Shown here piece by piece: positions 49,861-63,648 of a DNA stretch of 64,000 nt. Origin of the DNA: Nymphaea colorata (lineage: Eukaryota); assembly GCF_008831285.2 (NCBI RefSeq), contig NC_045138.2:15872001-15936000 (forward strand), written 5' to 3'. The translations under genes and the position numbers were made by a program. How positions within the stretch are numbered: position 1 is the stretch's first letter; each line of letters opens with the position of its first letter. The notes below the pieces were generated by a model. That model worked only from the letters and a program-made list of their open reading frames with translations. It did no database searches and was not told the origin of the DNA.

Positions 49861-52800
49861 TCATGAAATGTTGTAACACTGTGTTGCATGTATTTGTGGC
49901 AGATTCAAAGCTACCCAACATCAAAATTTGTGTTTGATGGGATACCAGAATGCACACAGGCAAGTCCCATGCATTCCATGTTTGAATTGATGAATGGTTT
50001 GCAGAAAGCACATCTAGTCCTCAAACACCACCCTCCGGTCGTTTGGCAACAAGACATTCAACAGTGTTCAATGAATCTGCCCCAACTATTGGGTAGGTTC
50101 ATAGAACAATAATTCCCCAAGTGTTCTTCCCACCACTAAATGGTATGAATTTATCTTCTGCCTGGTAAGTCCACTGCAGGTTTAGTAGTGGACTTGGACC
50201 CAATTAGGTGCAGCTAAGGACAGGCCAGTCCAAAGCTAAATAAGCACTTGATAGCCCAAAACAATCAGGGACAGATCTGTCTTCTTTCTGGCTGCGCTTG
50301 TGGCACAAACCAGAACCATTGCACCCACCTTACACCTCTTCTATGTCTGATGGGAAACACTTGCAGAAGGTAACTTCATGTTACCAGAAGAACCAAACAA
50401 CGATGAGAAATTATTGTAAGAAAATATTGGATGGTTGCAATTAGGCATGAGAAGCTTTTAATGTGCACTTAGGGGTTTGAATAGGTTGACATAATTTGCT
50501 ACTTTAGTTGAGCTTGTAATCAGACTCAATAAGGGAACTTACATCCTATCAGTAACCAGAATTGAGCTTGACATAATTTAATTCCTTATTAGCTAATCCA
50601 ATGTCACTTTGCTTCTGACAGAATCAAATTTAAGATGATTAAACTGCCTACATGGTGTCTTCTCAAGCAAACAAGAAACAGAAGATGGTAGATTTCTATT
50701 TGTTTTTAGGTTGATATATTTTTGGTAAGGAGAGAGAGAAACGATGGCGTTGTCCGGATGTGCGGAACATGCTGTCCCAAGAGGTAGAATTTTTCAGGCC
50801 TTTTTCTTGCTGTCCCTCCATATGAAATACTTGTGGAGCCTAAACTTGCCTGCCAATATCTCTCCCCAAAGAATCAGCTTTGTAGCAGATCATGAACACT
50901 CTAGGCACCAACATTATCCAACAGAGTTGATCATGTACACATTGAACTTCATTCTAACTTTTTTACCAAGGAACAAGAGAACTAGAGAAACGTGTTCATC
51001 CAATCTAACTACACTTCTGCGAATTGTTGACTCTCTAGAAGCCGACTATGAAGATCTCAACCTCGGTCTGAACAAGCCCAAGATATCGTTTAATGAGACT
51101 TTGTAGACGGCACATCTGCAGTGGCCCACGCAGCAATTTCTGCTGAAAGTATGAAAAGCCAAGTAGCAGGAGAGAGGTTACACTAATCTGTCTCAGTAAA
51201 CTCGGTCCTTTCTCCACAAATTGCATTAAACTAGTTCCAGGTTAGGTCCCATTCAGTATTGTGAAGCCCACGTAACTGCACAGTGTTTCTTGAAGACAAA
51301 GGAAACTATTTGATCGCCAATTCGTTTTCTATATCTGCCAAAGCATTAAATTCTTTGTTCTGTACTTTGTTGCAGTAGGTAGAGTTGGAGACTGCTTCGG
51401 TTCGGAATCCTGAAAATTTATTGCCTTCATCAGTTCTCCAACCATTAATGCTTTCAAATTTACAGATCGCTACAAGTGGAGGATAGATGGTAAGGAAGGA
51501 GTTGTGGAGGGTACTCGTTTATGGACGTTTGATCAAAGAATCAACATTTGTCCCATTTGGGGCTTGGGAGCAGGATCTTGCAGAAAACAGGCACTGCAAT
51601 TATGGTTTCTGTAATGACCTCATTGTTTGGAGCATCACTGTTGCCATTGCCAGCATACTGTTACAGATGGAGTTGGTGATGCAACTCCATCCTCAAAAGC
51701 GACATTTCAGTACCATCTTCAAGAGTTAGACAACATTGCTAATGCACTACTGCCCATTGTAATCTTCTTCAAAATGTTCGAGTCCCTGCAACATCCTTTC
51801 CTTTTGCTGGTTCAGTATGATATAAAACAAAAATTGAGCCAGGACCAACTTTTTTCACCAACCTAAACTGAACGAATTCAGACTTGCGTTGATGTCTAAT
51901 CTGAATCTGAGTTATTTTTATCCATTTCTACTGCTGAAAATATGCACGCTCCTTTCAGATTCAATAGGAATCATGCTGGCGTGCAGATGCTGTTGTTGTT
52001 GGTACTTCAACTGATGGAGAGGTCTGCAAGTTTATGGTCTTGCTCAGATTCACGGCAGCGAAATGTACAACAAATCATGTGGGAGTAAGATTGTTTGCCG
52101 GAAAAAATGACAAATCGCTCATGGTTTTCATATGATCCGCCATTTGCAATGAAGATGCGCATGCCAATCATAGGGATGTCACTGAATCAGATGCAGGTTT
52201 GGATATCCGACAAACCAAACTCCTGAAAGAAAACGTCCAATTAAGAAATTGGAGCGCATTCGATTTAAAAAATGACATCAGATTGGAATAGGATTCAATT
52301 TTAAACAACCACCTTATTGGATAATAAGCATTAATTTGGCCAATTAACTTTTCTGTAACCAATATGCATACATCCAGAAAGTTGGTTCTTAAACATCCAA
52401 ATTGGATTTTGGATTGGATTGCGTTGTAAGTACAGAAAGTCAATTTTGGATTAGACTCGGTTGTGAATTTAGAAGTTGGATTTGGATATTCAGAGTGAGG
52501 AGGACGGAACCCCAGCTCCCGGGAGAGAGGACGAAGTGAATTTATGGTTGTTTCCTTAAACTCAAGAATTGCACCTATCTTATTCTTCAGTCTAAATTGA
52601 TATAAGCTTTTTATTTGAATTCAAATCTAAATTTGGATGTAAATATGTAAATAATAAAAGGCATATTTGATTGGACGACTCTGATCTATTGGCTGAATTG
52701 AATTAGCAAGGCGGCTAAGGCTGAGTCGCCGATTTAGATGTGAACTAGAAAAAAATGTTATTGTAATTATTTTGTAACTAGAAAACTTAGTATAAGAGAA

Positions 52801-53266
52801 ACTTCTAAAATATTTTAAATGTAATTAAAAAATAAGCAGTTTATGGCCCATGGCACTCCATGTGAGCTGATAAATCAGATCGATCTGCCACCTACTGAAA
52901 TTTGTGAAGCAATCCTATTGACCTAAATATAAAACTGAAAAGTCCAGCCAATTTGGTAAAGATGAAATAATCCTTCTGCACACCTTAAAAAAAAAAAAGA
53001 AGGTGGGATGAGGAGTAACCAGAAAAGATTCACATCACTCACCAGCAGAAAACAAAGAGCAAGAAAAAAATAAATTAATTGATCAATCAAGAGCAGTGTT
53101 ACAACCCTAAAGTGAGGAAGACAACATGTAAACAGACGCTCATTGAGATCCTAATAAACCTACTGCTCTCTGCATGACAAAAGACATGCACATGTATATA
53201 ATATAATATGCTTTTATTGGGAGCTCACATTATGATAATCCCATACAAAAAAAGAATCCCTCTCAC

Positions 53267-53271
<5 letters not shown>

Positions 53272-53318
<47 letters not shown>
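53272..53318. repeat. (GA)n microsatellite downstream of the LEA_2 stop codon
   Basis: Directly visible. Confidence 0.95.
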
Positions 53319-53320
<2 letters not shown>

Positions 53321-53551
53321 TGACACCTGCATCCCTCTAGCTGTGCGCTTCCAGACTTCCACCGACAGTGAAGAATCTGTCAACAGATGATAAACACAAT
53401 TAAGAAATAAAAAATTCATTGTTTGGCCGACGAAGAAACTAAAATTCTTTAAAATATTCCAAAGGAAAAAGAAAGATGGTAGGAAAAGAAAAGAAGGAAT
53501 ACCATGTTCACGTTTCTTCCACAGTCCGGATTCCCCCCTTCTTCGTCTTTC

Positions 53552-55001
53552 TCAGTCATCAATGTGGCATAGTTTCTGCAGAGACACTTGCTTCCCAAGC
53601 TTCGACTGGTCCAGCACTACTGGGCACAGAACCCCTGTGTAGAACTTGAGTTTCACTAGCTTCCCGAGCACAAACGCTCTTGATCTCACGGTGAATGTGA
53701 GATTCATGGGGACAACGTTATTTTCTGGATTGGTTGTGCTCAGTCCAGATCCACCACCATAGAGGGGAACCCTGTTCCCCTGCAAAGACACACTCACTGT
53801 CCTCTGGCTCTTCCTCCTCTGGTAGAAATTCGCGATCTGTTTGACATTCGCAGCAAATTAATATCAAATTGAACCCTCAAAATGAGTAAAAGCAGATCAT
53901 ATATTATTGGGGAGGAACTAGGAAGCAGAGGGTTTGCTTACATTTCCGGTAGCAACATTCAACTCTGAAAAGTAGAGATCCAATGGTGTAGAGTAGACAT
54001 GGATTCCGAAAAATGTGGCAGTGTTTCTATAGACAAATTTTACAGTCGAATTCATCGACAGCATGACGGTCTGCACGCCGGATGAATCGGATCCCGCCTG
54101 CAAGTTGAAGCTCTCGAAGACAACGCTCTGTAAAAGAAGCACGCAGATTTGTGAGACCAAGTTGCAATTTCAGTCTAGATCTTTTCTTTCTTCAAGAATG
54201 CATCCTAGAAGTGTGTAAAGTTTTACAAACCTTAGACGCTAATTTTAGACCCACAAACAGATGTAAGACCATGCATCTAGTTCAAGCTCTAAATTCATGA
54301 GTAAAAAAATCTACGCATGCCCAGCAAACAACCCTCCAAATGTGCCATAGCAGATCTAATAGAGACCATACAAAGATTGGTGAATATGATCATAGCTATT
54401 CAGTGTGAGAATTTTTATGGGGTTTTCACAGATGATCAATGTGGCATCACAATTTTGTGGATTTCTATTTGAAAGGGGGGAGGGAAGAGAAAGGAGAGAA
54501 AGAGAAGGGAAAGCTGACCTTCATGGTGACAGTTGGCTTCTGAGGACGAGCAGCACCCCAGAGGATCAAGGAGAAGAAGGAAAACAGAAGGATGAAGCTA
54601 AGAACGAAGATGAGGAAGTAGCAGCGACGGGGGATCCCCTTGTCCTCTTCCTCTTCCTCGAGCAGCCCTTCCTCTTCGATGGCAGGAATGTTCCGCCATG
54701 GCTTCCCGCCCTTCCCGCCCCTGCCGTTGCAGTCGTGGGGGGAGATCTTCCTGGAGCCGGATTTCAGGGAGCCGGAGACCCTGCTGGTGGAGGACTCGCG
54801 GGAGTGGCGACCCAAGGACGAATGGGAATGGGGAGGGGACCCCATGGGGCTGAGCACCGGCGTCGACTGCAGCGACGTCTTTTCCCCATCGTGGGAGTCG
54901 CGGGACGGGCTCTGCACGTAATACACCGGCCGCCGCGGCGGCGATCGCGTCGGCGACGACGCGGCGAGGCTCGTCACCTCCGAATCGGACTTGGCGTGCA
55001 T
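53552..55001 (-). CDS. LEA_2 (late embryogenesis abundant / NHL-like) domain single-pass membrane protein, MHAKSDSEVTSLA type
   Basis: Exons 55001..54519 (MHAKSDSEVTSLA..VYYVQSPSRDSHDGEK..HSRESSTSR, TM, WGAARPQKP), 54127..53942 (SVVFESFNLQAGSD..RNTATFFGIHV), 53836..53552 (FYQRRKSQR..PLYGGG..VRSRAFVLGKLVK); GT-AG phase-0 introns. Confidence 0.92.
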
Positions 55002-58000
55002 CTCTTCAGTCCTGTCTCGAGTTCAGACGAAGAAGAAGAGGGAGGCCTCTCCTCTCTGCTTCTTGATTTTGCGGCGAGAACCCAAACCCTCCAAGTTTGG
55101 TATCGATTCGTTGCTAGATCTGAAGATGGCAGACAAACTAAGAAAAAGTAAAACGCTTTCCTTTTCTTTCTCACTCTTCTGCTTTTGCGTAACTCTCAGA
55201 AAGCAAAGCAAGTCTGTATAAGAGAGAGAGAGAGAAGAGGAGCAGGAAGAAGAAGGAAGGAAGGAAGCTTCACTCTGGTGTGAAGTGCGTTAATGGTGGC
55301 TTGGTACGAAAATGCATGTTGCCATTCATGGCTGTGAAAGTCCACTATTCGGTGGAGATCAATTATTACAGTAGCAAAATTTACAGTCAAGGGACAGTTA
55401 TTTAACCATAATCCAACCTACTGCCTTTACCTTTTTCATTTTCTCTGATAGAGGCCTTTCTTTTAACAACAATTCAACAACTCATTTCAAGGTGTGGCTA
55501 TCCAAAGCAAACCGCCTTTTTCCTTTATCCTTTAATTAAAGTATTACATTACTTATAATGCAAATAGAATAACTTTGACAAGAATCAAGTTGATAATCAT
55601 ATTTTTATTGTTCATGACCTTTAAAAATAAGAACTCATTTTCAAATGAGAAAATCAAACGAAAGAATCAGTGTTTCCAACTGTAACCCATTTTTCATGTC
55701 ATTACAGGCTTACAGGGGCTTCCAAAATCACAAAAGTGCTTTATTTACAAAAAAAGAAGATTTTGAGTGCATATTTGGAGTTATGACTAAAAGTGGTGTC
55801 GCATGTAAAAATTTTGCCGCGGGAGGGTGCGTTTGTGCTGGTGACAGGTAAGATTGCAGCTGGAGGTCAGAGCTGTGTCTTTTCTTCGACTAAAATTGAT
55901 TTCTTGACAAAATCTAGTCGGTTTTATTTTTCAATAGATTATTCATTTATTTCCTTCGTAAAAGAAATAATAAATTCGGAAAAATTTATTAAAAAATTTC
56001 GAAGATGTTGGTGTTTGAAAATTTGGTTCGTTTTTTCCAGGGAACAAAGATAATATATTTGAATTAAATTATTTATCTAACTATTTTCTCATGTTCGAAT
56101 TTATAATATTTTTTAGAATATTGTAATGGTTGAAAAAGCCTAGAAGCGTAAAAGATTCCGATAGATCGACGCGTCATCGTCAGATCTGGTCGGACTACGG
56201 ATCCCCGACTTTTTCTCTCAAGCTAAAATCTTTAAAAGTAAATTTCAAGTTAACGCTAAATTACAAACAATGAAGTAGATTAAAAGCAATATAAACACAT
56301 TTTGGAAAAAAAGGGGGATTTTCTTATAAAGATCCAAGAAATTAAATGGTGTTTGATCATTCACTCAAGATTGACAATAAATTCATACTACGTAAGATTT
56401 GTTTTTTAAATAAAAATGAGACGTAAGCAACATGAATCACTTATCATCATGTAAAAGATTGATGTAGATTAATGAAACGCTATAATTTAGAACAGATTCA
56501 TAAAACATTGTGTTACTGTTTCGGTTGTCAACTCCATCTCCCTCAAATCCACTTCGCATATAAGAGAAAAATGATTCTAAACTTGAGACTGTCAATGATT
56601 AGATATCTTAACAAACACAACCTTAAAAGCTACTCTCAAGGGATATTTCTTATATATTATATATATATATATATATATATGTTATGTTTTGTTTATATCA
56701 TTGCATAATTGAAGCTTTTAAAGGTTTTGTTAAGAAATTAAATTTGCATTTTTTGGGTAGATTGTATCATATATATATATAAAAAAAAAAACTTAAGAAC
56801 CAAATTAGGTCGTCTGATAAGGTGCGACACCATGACCAAGTTAAAAATCAAAAGTGGAGCCACATATAGGTTGGTGAGGGCGCTTGCCACACTGCACCTC
56901 AGGATTTCTTTATTTTTCAATTAATATCTTTAAATAGTTTGTCTGTTAACTGGATACCAAAATCTATGTCGGATGCTCCCATTCAGTTTTTTTTTTCCTT
57001 ACTCAACTACTGCTTAGCAGTGTGTCATCTCGGATCCAAACCTATAAGCAGCCCTGAACCATAAAAGCAAGAAAACATTAACTCATCTTCATGGCATTAC
57101 ACACCTTGAAAATTTGTGTCTGAATTCAAAGTTTGAATCCAACTAAATTAATAGGTTTTTATTTATTTATTTTTTTCTACTTATATTATATTGATGTCAG
57201 ACGCAAACCCTAATACTAAATCCAAATCCGGTTATTAATAATAATTTATTTTTCATTTACTCGTCGTCAAAAATACTATTGAAATTAGACTTGATAATCA
57301 AATAAATCTCCCTAGGAGGGGAAGAATATTGCACTCAACGGCGAATATGCTTGAAAATTATGTCAAATAACATGTCATCTTAGACTTGCTCCCGTAAACA
57401 CAGGCACTAGTAGACAAGGCCGATTCAGATCGTGAATCATGCATTCACTAATTTATTATTATTTTATTTAATTCTTCGCTAAATGTCCAACAGATTTTGC
57501 TAAAGAAATACTTTTACAATATTGAGAATAAAAAAAAAAGATCGTTAATTAAAAAATAAATAAACGTTAATGTCCTCATGTGACCTAAAAGAATCATCGA
57601 TTTGTTCTCTTCTCCAAATGTTAAGAGGTGTTTGAATGGTGGCGAAAGGGATTGCTTTTTTGTCTCAGGGAGACGGTGCGCCAATTATCAAAAAAGCCGC
57701 CGCGTTTCAAGGGGTGTGACAGAAAGTCGACGGCTCCGAGACGCTTTACCCCGTGAGAGTTGGATCTTGGCTTCATCGAATCGAATCTAACAATATGCGA
57801 ATTTGAACCCTATTTAAAATATACTTGTTTTTTGACATATTTGTGTGGTGGGATCCAGATTGTACTCCAATTTCCCACTTCATTTGGATTTAGTTTCAGA
57901 TTAAAACTTAAACGAAGCTGCATATCCAAACAAAAACCAAATAGTAATATAATCTTGTTTTTGGGCCAAACCCACTTCGATTTTGGATTAATTACAGGAG

Positions 58001-58612
58001 AAATTGCAACATAAATTTGATTTGATTTTTGTAGGTTTGATTACATCATTAATTAAAATATATTTGTGTTTTGTCATAATATAGAATATGAGAACTATGT
58101 GAGTTCTTCTTCAATCATGATGGTAATAAACTGTTTCAAGAAAGAATTTGGTAGAGAAATTGGACAGATTTATAAAATACTATAACTAAATCTACTTTAA
58201 TTTTTAAAACAGATTCACGAAATAATTTGTTGTTATTCCACCTTGATCACGTCAAAACATTAAATTTTATGGAAAGGTACCCACTCGTGAGAGTTGAAAT
58301 TAAAGAATTTTTGTTTTATTAAGTATGTTTAAATATTTAATAATTAATTTTTAAATGACAATAAGAATTTTATGAATGTGGAGGAATATATGCAGGCCCC
58401 AATATTGTATCTGACAATGAAAGCATATATGGCGGGAAGAATATTGATTCACAGCATTGAATGAGGAACAAACAAACTAGGAGAATATCAGTTTGTTGAT
58501 CTATTTATCAGAAGAGAAAAAGCCGAAGCCTTCACCCAACCACAAGGCATTTATGAGTGATTTGTTGTGAAATTAAGTCGTGCCAAGTATGTGTGGTTGC
58601 AACGCCCCCATC

Positions 58613-58820
58613 TAGGGGCAGAGGAAAGGGGGGTTGTATGGACCATGTACCTCCCTCAATTTTTTTTTTAATTTACATGTAAATTTTAAAAAATTTTGTT
58701 TGTGCTATATAAAAATTTTGAAAAATGATATTTCGACCTGTGTCAAAATTTAAAAATTTTCAAAATTTAAAAATTTTAATTTTTGTTTATGAAAAATTTC
58801 TGACTCCGACTCCGCTTCTG
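58613..58820 (-). mobile_element. Non-autonomous hAT-like MITE, same family as 5597..5780
   Basis: Ends TAGGGGCAGAG / CTCCGCTTCTG; reverse complement shares CAGAAATTTTTCATAA, TTTTTAAATTTTGAC and TACATGTAA with the 5.6 kb copy. Confidence 0.7.
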
Positions 58821-59374
58821 GCGACATGCATGGAAACGATTTGATAATAGATGTTATATAAATTAATCCTGAAAAATCTTGAAGATTGTTCCTAAATTTA
58901 TGACAAATTGAACATTTTTCCCCTCAAATTAGACTCTCATGGCATTTAGCCGATCCAAATTCGATTGTTTTGCTGCCCAACTTTTGTTCCTTCAAATCCA
59001 ATCTAACATTTTGCGGTGATCAAAACACCATTTAAAGGTGAAAACTTTCATAACGAAATTCAACTTGAAGCCTTAAGCTGAACGATTTGCGAGGCGAGCA
59101 ACTCTTCCACTCATTTTTCCGTGTTATTGATGATACATCGTGAGAAAAAGTATGAGAGAAGAATTGTTTGATCAAACATATTTGCATATCCAATAAACTA
59201 AGATAATTACATTTGTGCACATATTTACAGATTTCTTGTGTTTGGAGCAACGGATTCCTCCCTGCTTGAGCATGAAATGGCTCCTCTTCAAGAGTTACAA
59301 ACTACATTAATGAGAAAATCCTTGCATACAAGTTGCATATGTATGTGTTTGAGAGAAAAGAAATCAACTAAAAT

Positions 59375-60466
59375 CTAGGAAAAGCATGAGGCAATTAGCA
59401 CAGTCAAGAAGGAATAGATTGTTAATGGCTTCCATCCAAGTCCAAGAGTTCGGCTCGATCCACTGCACACCAGCTTGTTGTCATGGTATGTGCACACTGG
59501 CTGTTTCCTGCATTATCAAACACATTAGAGCAGCCCGAGTTTGATCGCTTTCCCCTAAAACGGTTCATTGTAGATGAAGAAGAGAGAGGGAGCTTGCATG
59601 CGACGCCGGAAAAACTCACCGGGAGGAGCAGAAGGTGATGACGTAGTCGGAGCCGGTGCAGGTGAAGATGCTGGATGGGTCGTCGTAGGCGTAACTGTAC
59701 GCCGCCGGGCAGGCTTCCTTGAACTTCTGCGAGTAGTACGTCGGGGTGCAGGTGGCGGAGTTACCGTACACCCCTCTGCAGCAGTACTGGTCGGTGTCGA
59801 ACACGTCGCAGGCGCTCCGGCAGGCGATCACCGTCTTCCCCGACCTCACGGCCAGCTCCGCCGGGCAGCTGTTCAGCAGGTTGGTGTCGCACCCCGCCAC
59901 CGAGCAGTTCCCTTTACCGTTCAGCGGCGTCACCACCATCGGCACGTTAAACCCGTCCACCAGGCTCACGTCGTAGAAGTCGACCGCCGCCAGCGTGAAC
60001 TCCGCCAGGCTCGCCGGCGGTTCTCCCGATGCCCCGCACTTGAGGGCGGTCCCGCACGCCCCCGTCTGGCACGTCCCCACCCCGTTGCTGTCAAACTTGC
60101 ACCCCGTCCGCCCCCAAATCCGGCCGCTCCATCCCACCGGCGCTGTCAGCACCGCCGTCTGCCTGGGCTTTAGCTGGAAACCCCCGCCGCCGAAGCTGTC
60201 ACCCGGCGTGATCGCCGGCCATATGGTCTCCTTGCAGTCATTGATGATTGTGAACACCCGAGAAGCTTCGACCACCATTCTCATTTCTGCATATCAAACA
60301 GCAATTTCGTTCAATGCCGTCTTCATGGAAATTCAATAGCCATTGAGATAGACTCCACATGAACAGCTAAAACTAATTCGATTGACTCAAACAAACCATA
60401 GAAGAAGGAGATACCTGATGCCATTATGAGGATGAAGAAGGTCGCTAGATTCAGCGTGGCACCCAT
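59375..60466 (-). CDS. Thaumatin-like protein / PR-5 with C-terminal extension and hydrophobic tail
   Basis: Exon 1 60466..60415 (signal MGATLNLATFFILIMAS); exon 2 60286..59620 (thaumatin domain: WSGRIWGRTGC, CQTGACG, FYDVSLVDGFNVP, YSYAYDD); exon 3 59507..59375 (KQPVCTYHDNKLVCSG..IYSFLTVLIASCFS*). Exon 3 is inferred from splice sites and phase. Confidence 0.92.
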
Positions 60467-60509
60467 TTTTCTTCTTCTTCTTCTTCTGTATATCAATGGC
60501 GAGACGGGA

Positions 60510-60516
60510 TTTTATA
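60510..60516 (-). promoter_or_regulatory. Putative TATA box of the thaumatin-like gene
   Basis: TATAAAA on the minus strand ~50 nt upstream of the ATG at 60466. Confidence 0.5.
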
Positions 60517-62804
60517 ATGCATCAGCCATTAATTTATGGCACCCATCTGGTTGTCTCGGAACGGCGACTACGTAGGCATATATTTGATCTACGTTTGGAA
60601 AAGACGGTGGACAAGGGGAGCAGGAATTTCTAGTTTGGAACGGCTACCTTGCTTCCTCAGCAACCCTGGTTGCTTGCGCTGCTGGTTCTGCCATTCTTGC
60701 CTTTCGGAGATTCTTCTGCACAGTGGCCCACTTCGCCCCTGCACCTCTTCGTCCAAGGATAGGAAGACATTCCCTTTGAAGAAGAAAAGGAATTGAGAAA
60801 AGAGATTTAGATTCTGATATCATTCTTGACGTCTCTTGCAGCCATAAGATTTCAGTATTTTCTGTGAATGTGTCTCGCTTACGTTCTCACTCTAGATGGC
60901 AGGACCAAAAAATGAGATCTAAGTAGAAAAAAGAACGTCCAGAATGAGATCAGAATCTAAATCGCTCTTTTCTCAGTTCTTTTTCTCCAATTCATTTCGT
61001 GAGAGTTATTTGCAAGTTTATTCAGAAGATAAAGCGTTTCAAGTTTTCAACAATTCACTTGGACATTTTGTCAAACCTTAGCAAACAGACGCATATTTGG
61101 AGTTAGCCTTGGGTTACATAGTTTGATTTGAATTCAGAATATCACCCCAAATCCTGCATCATCTTCAGCATCTCCGGCAGGTTGATTGCTTCAATCGCAA
61201 GCTGAAAACTGAAGATAAAAGATTTATAAATTCGATTCCTCTGCTTGTTGATAACAATCATCAGAAGATTAAAAAAAACGCTTCAACATTTTGGCATGTA
61301 AAGAATTAGAGCTGCACTTTTCTTGTTTCTATAATTAGTTGATGCTTCCATGGTGAATGAATAAGAGAAGTATGTGAAGTCAGGGATGAGTGGTCACAAG
61401 AAAAGCTTAGAAAAGGGCTTAGGCCAATTTGTCTTCCATAGTTAAGCAAATATATACATGTCAAATTTGAAATTAGGAAAGCTCCTCCAGTTCAACCCAT
61501 TGAATCTACTTTAATCATTTCTTGCCCGAGGAAACTGCACCTCAGCTTAGTGTCTTAAAATTGCAAAGCTAAATCTAATTTGCTTTTTGAAATGTGATTG
61601 GCTCACACATTCATCTAACCTAGTTTTTAAAAAATGTGGTTATGTAAAGCCAAGTTTTTAATGAATTTTAAAAGCTTGATTTGTTTGATTCTGTAACACA
61701 CAAAAACCTAATTTTGTCAATAACGTGTTTTACAAAGCTGGGTTTTTTTCAAACTCAAGTTTGATGACACACAAACATTTCAAAAACCTGGTTTTGGAAT
61801 GTCATTTAAATGCTTCCAAAGACTGCATGTTGAGCTCCTAAGCTACCAGGCTGATCAACAAAGTATCTTGAGGTTTCAGTTGGTTCTTGTTGCAAACCCC
61901 ACCAAGCTCAAGGTGAGAGCGAACTTATAGTCAAGTTGGAATCGGCTCTTTTGCTAATATATACATCCTCTTCAACATTGGATGATATATTTAGATTTGA
62001 TACCTATGAATCAAGCATAATAACCTTTAATGTTTTGGAAGACTTTTTTGGCAATGAACCAAGAGGAAAACTACTGAAATTTCACTCTATTCCATATTAT
62101 GTCTTGTTAATGTGCCTTTAGGGGGTCATCTGGTAGCAAGAACATTCTTGTGGGTATCTCGTGAATCTTGTAAACATTGGAAAGGATTCATGAAACGTTT
62201 GGTACCAGATCCATTGCCCATTTCTAAGCACAACCAAAGATGCTAGGCGAGATGCACGTTACCTGATCTTATGATGGACAAAGGGAAGGAACTTATTGTT
62301 GGATGATTTATACAAGCAAACACCAAACACCAAGGAAAAAATGTTTGTGCTCAAAATAAACAACACAATCGTCGAATCGTTCAACATGTTTAATGACTTC
62401 AATTCAAATGGATTGAGGTCCCTGAAAATCTTAGGATTTTTGTGTCGAACTGATGAGACCATTTGTCAACGTAAAACGGGACAAATTATCTGCCCCGACT
62501 GACATTACCTGAATAATTGCTGCAAATGAACGGGACCTCAGCAGAAAACTGCCATTTTGACCGCTGACCTTTTCTTTTCCTTCTCCGGCAACCAGCAGAA
62601 GAGCAAAAACTGGGGACCCGGATCTGCTTTTTCTTCTTCTTGACCCTTGTTTTTGAAAAGGAAGCTTTGAGGCCATAAGGCCGGCTGGGCCTCTCGGAAT
62701 CAGCAAGAGACAGATACACAAAAAGTTGGGTTCCGTGGTCTCCATAAGCGAACCCTTTCCTCCCCACTTCTCCCGCAGCAAAACATCGAAAGAGTCCGAC
62801 GGTC

Positions 62805-63111
62805 ATGGCCGGAGGAGGGAAAGTTTCCTTCAAAGTTACTCTCACCTCTGATCCAAAACTCCCCTTCAAAGTGTATCTCTCTCTGTCCCTCTCTCTCTCT
62901 CTCTCGCTTATTGATTTGGGTAATCTGTGAAAATTGAATTCCAATCTTTTTCTTCCTTCTACTTGTTTGGGGATTATGATTTTCTGTTTTGCGCTCCCCA
63001 TTTTCTTTTCCAGATTCAGCGTTCCAGAGGAAGCCCCATTCACGGCGGTGCTGAAGTTTGCGGCAGAGGAATTCAAGGTGCCCCCTCAGACCAGCGCGAT
63101 CATAACAAATG
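62805..63111 (+). CDS. UFM1: Ubiquitin-fold modifier 1, exons 1-2 (remainder beyond window)
   Basis: Exon 1 62805..62872 [23 protein letters not shown]; exon 2 63014..63111 [32 protein letters not shown] followed by a GT donor; highly conserved UFM1 sequence. Confidence 0.97.
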
Positions 63112-63560
63112 GTACCACAATCTCCCCCCGTCCTTTACCTAGTTGTATATTTATTCTTCTGCTTTGACTGAAAATTTCGATTTCCATGAAACCTTAGGTA
63201 GAAAAGCTCGAACTCCCCTGAATTTCTCGATCCAAGCCGAGCCCTTCGCGTTTCCTATATTCGGTCTCTCAACTCAATCTCTAGGCAACTACTTTTTGGT
63301 AGCTTGTACGGTTGAGGACAAGAAAAATAATCGATGTCTAATTGTCTAACCTGATAGAATTGATAGGGCGTAAGACACATAAAAAAACAGAATTGCAATG
63401 AAGACGACAATAGTTCGCATTGAACATAACTTCCTGTTCTCTTATTCGCAACTATATTCTTCTGTCCTCTCAGTCTCATTGGTTAAGCTAATGAGAGATC
63501 TTTGAAGGAAGTCAGGCAACAGTTTGCTCGTGTCCTCCACCAGGTGCATAACACTAAAAA

Positions 63561-63648
63561 CTGAAGTTATCTATCTCATGGAAAATGAGAAAAAAAGGGA
63601 AGTTGAAGTTATATCTCATGGAAAATGAGAAAAAAAGGGAAGCTGAAG
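63561..63648. repeat. ~40-bp tandem duplication in UFM1 intron 2
   Basis: TGAAGTTAT..ATCTCATGGAAAATGAGAAAAAAAGGGAAG x2. Confidence 0.9.

Noticed and set aside
54405..55151. 248-aa plus-strand ORF
   Set aside because: Antisense shadow of the GC-rich first exon of the LEA_2 gene; non-ATG start, no recognisable domain.
59574..60173. 199-aa plus-strand ORF
   Set aside because: Antisense shadow of the GC-rich thaumatin exon 2.
62486..63076. 196-aa minus-strand ORF over UFM1
   Set aside because: Runs antisense across UFM1 exons, intron and a CT repeat; no domain.
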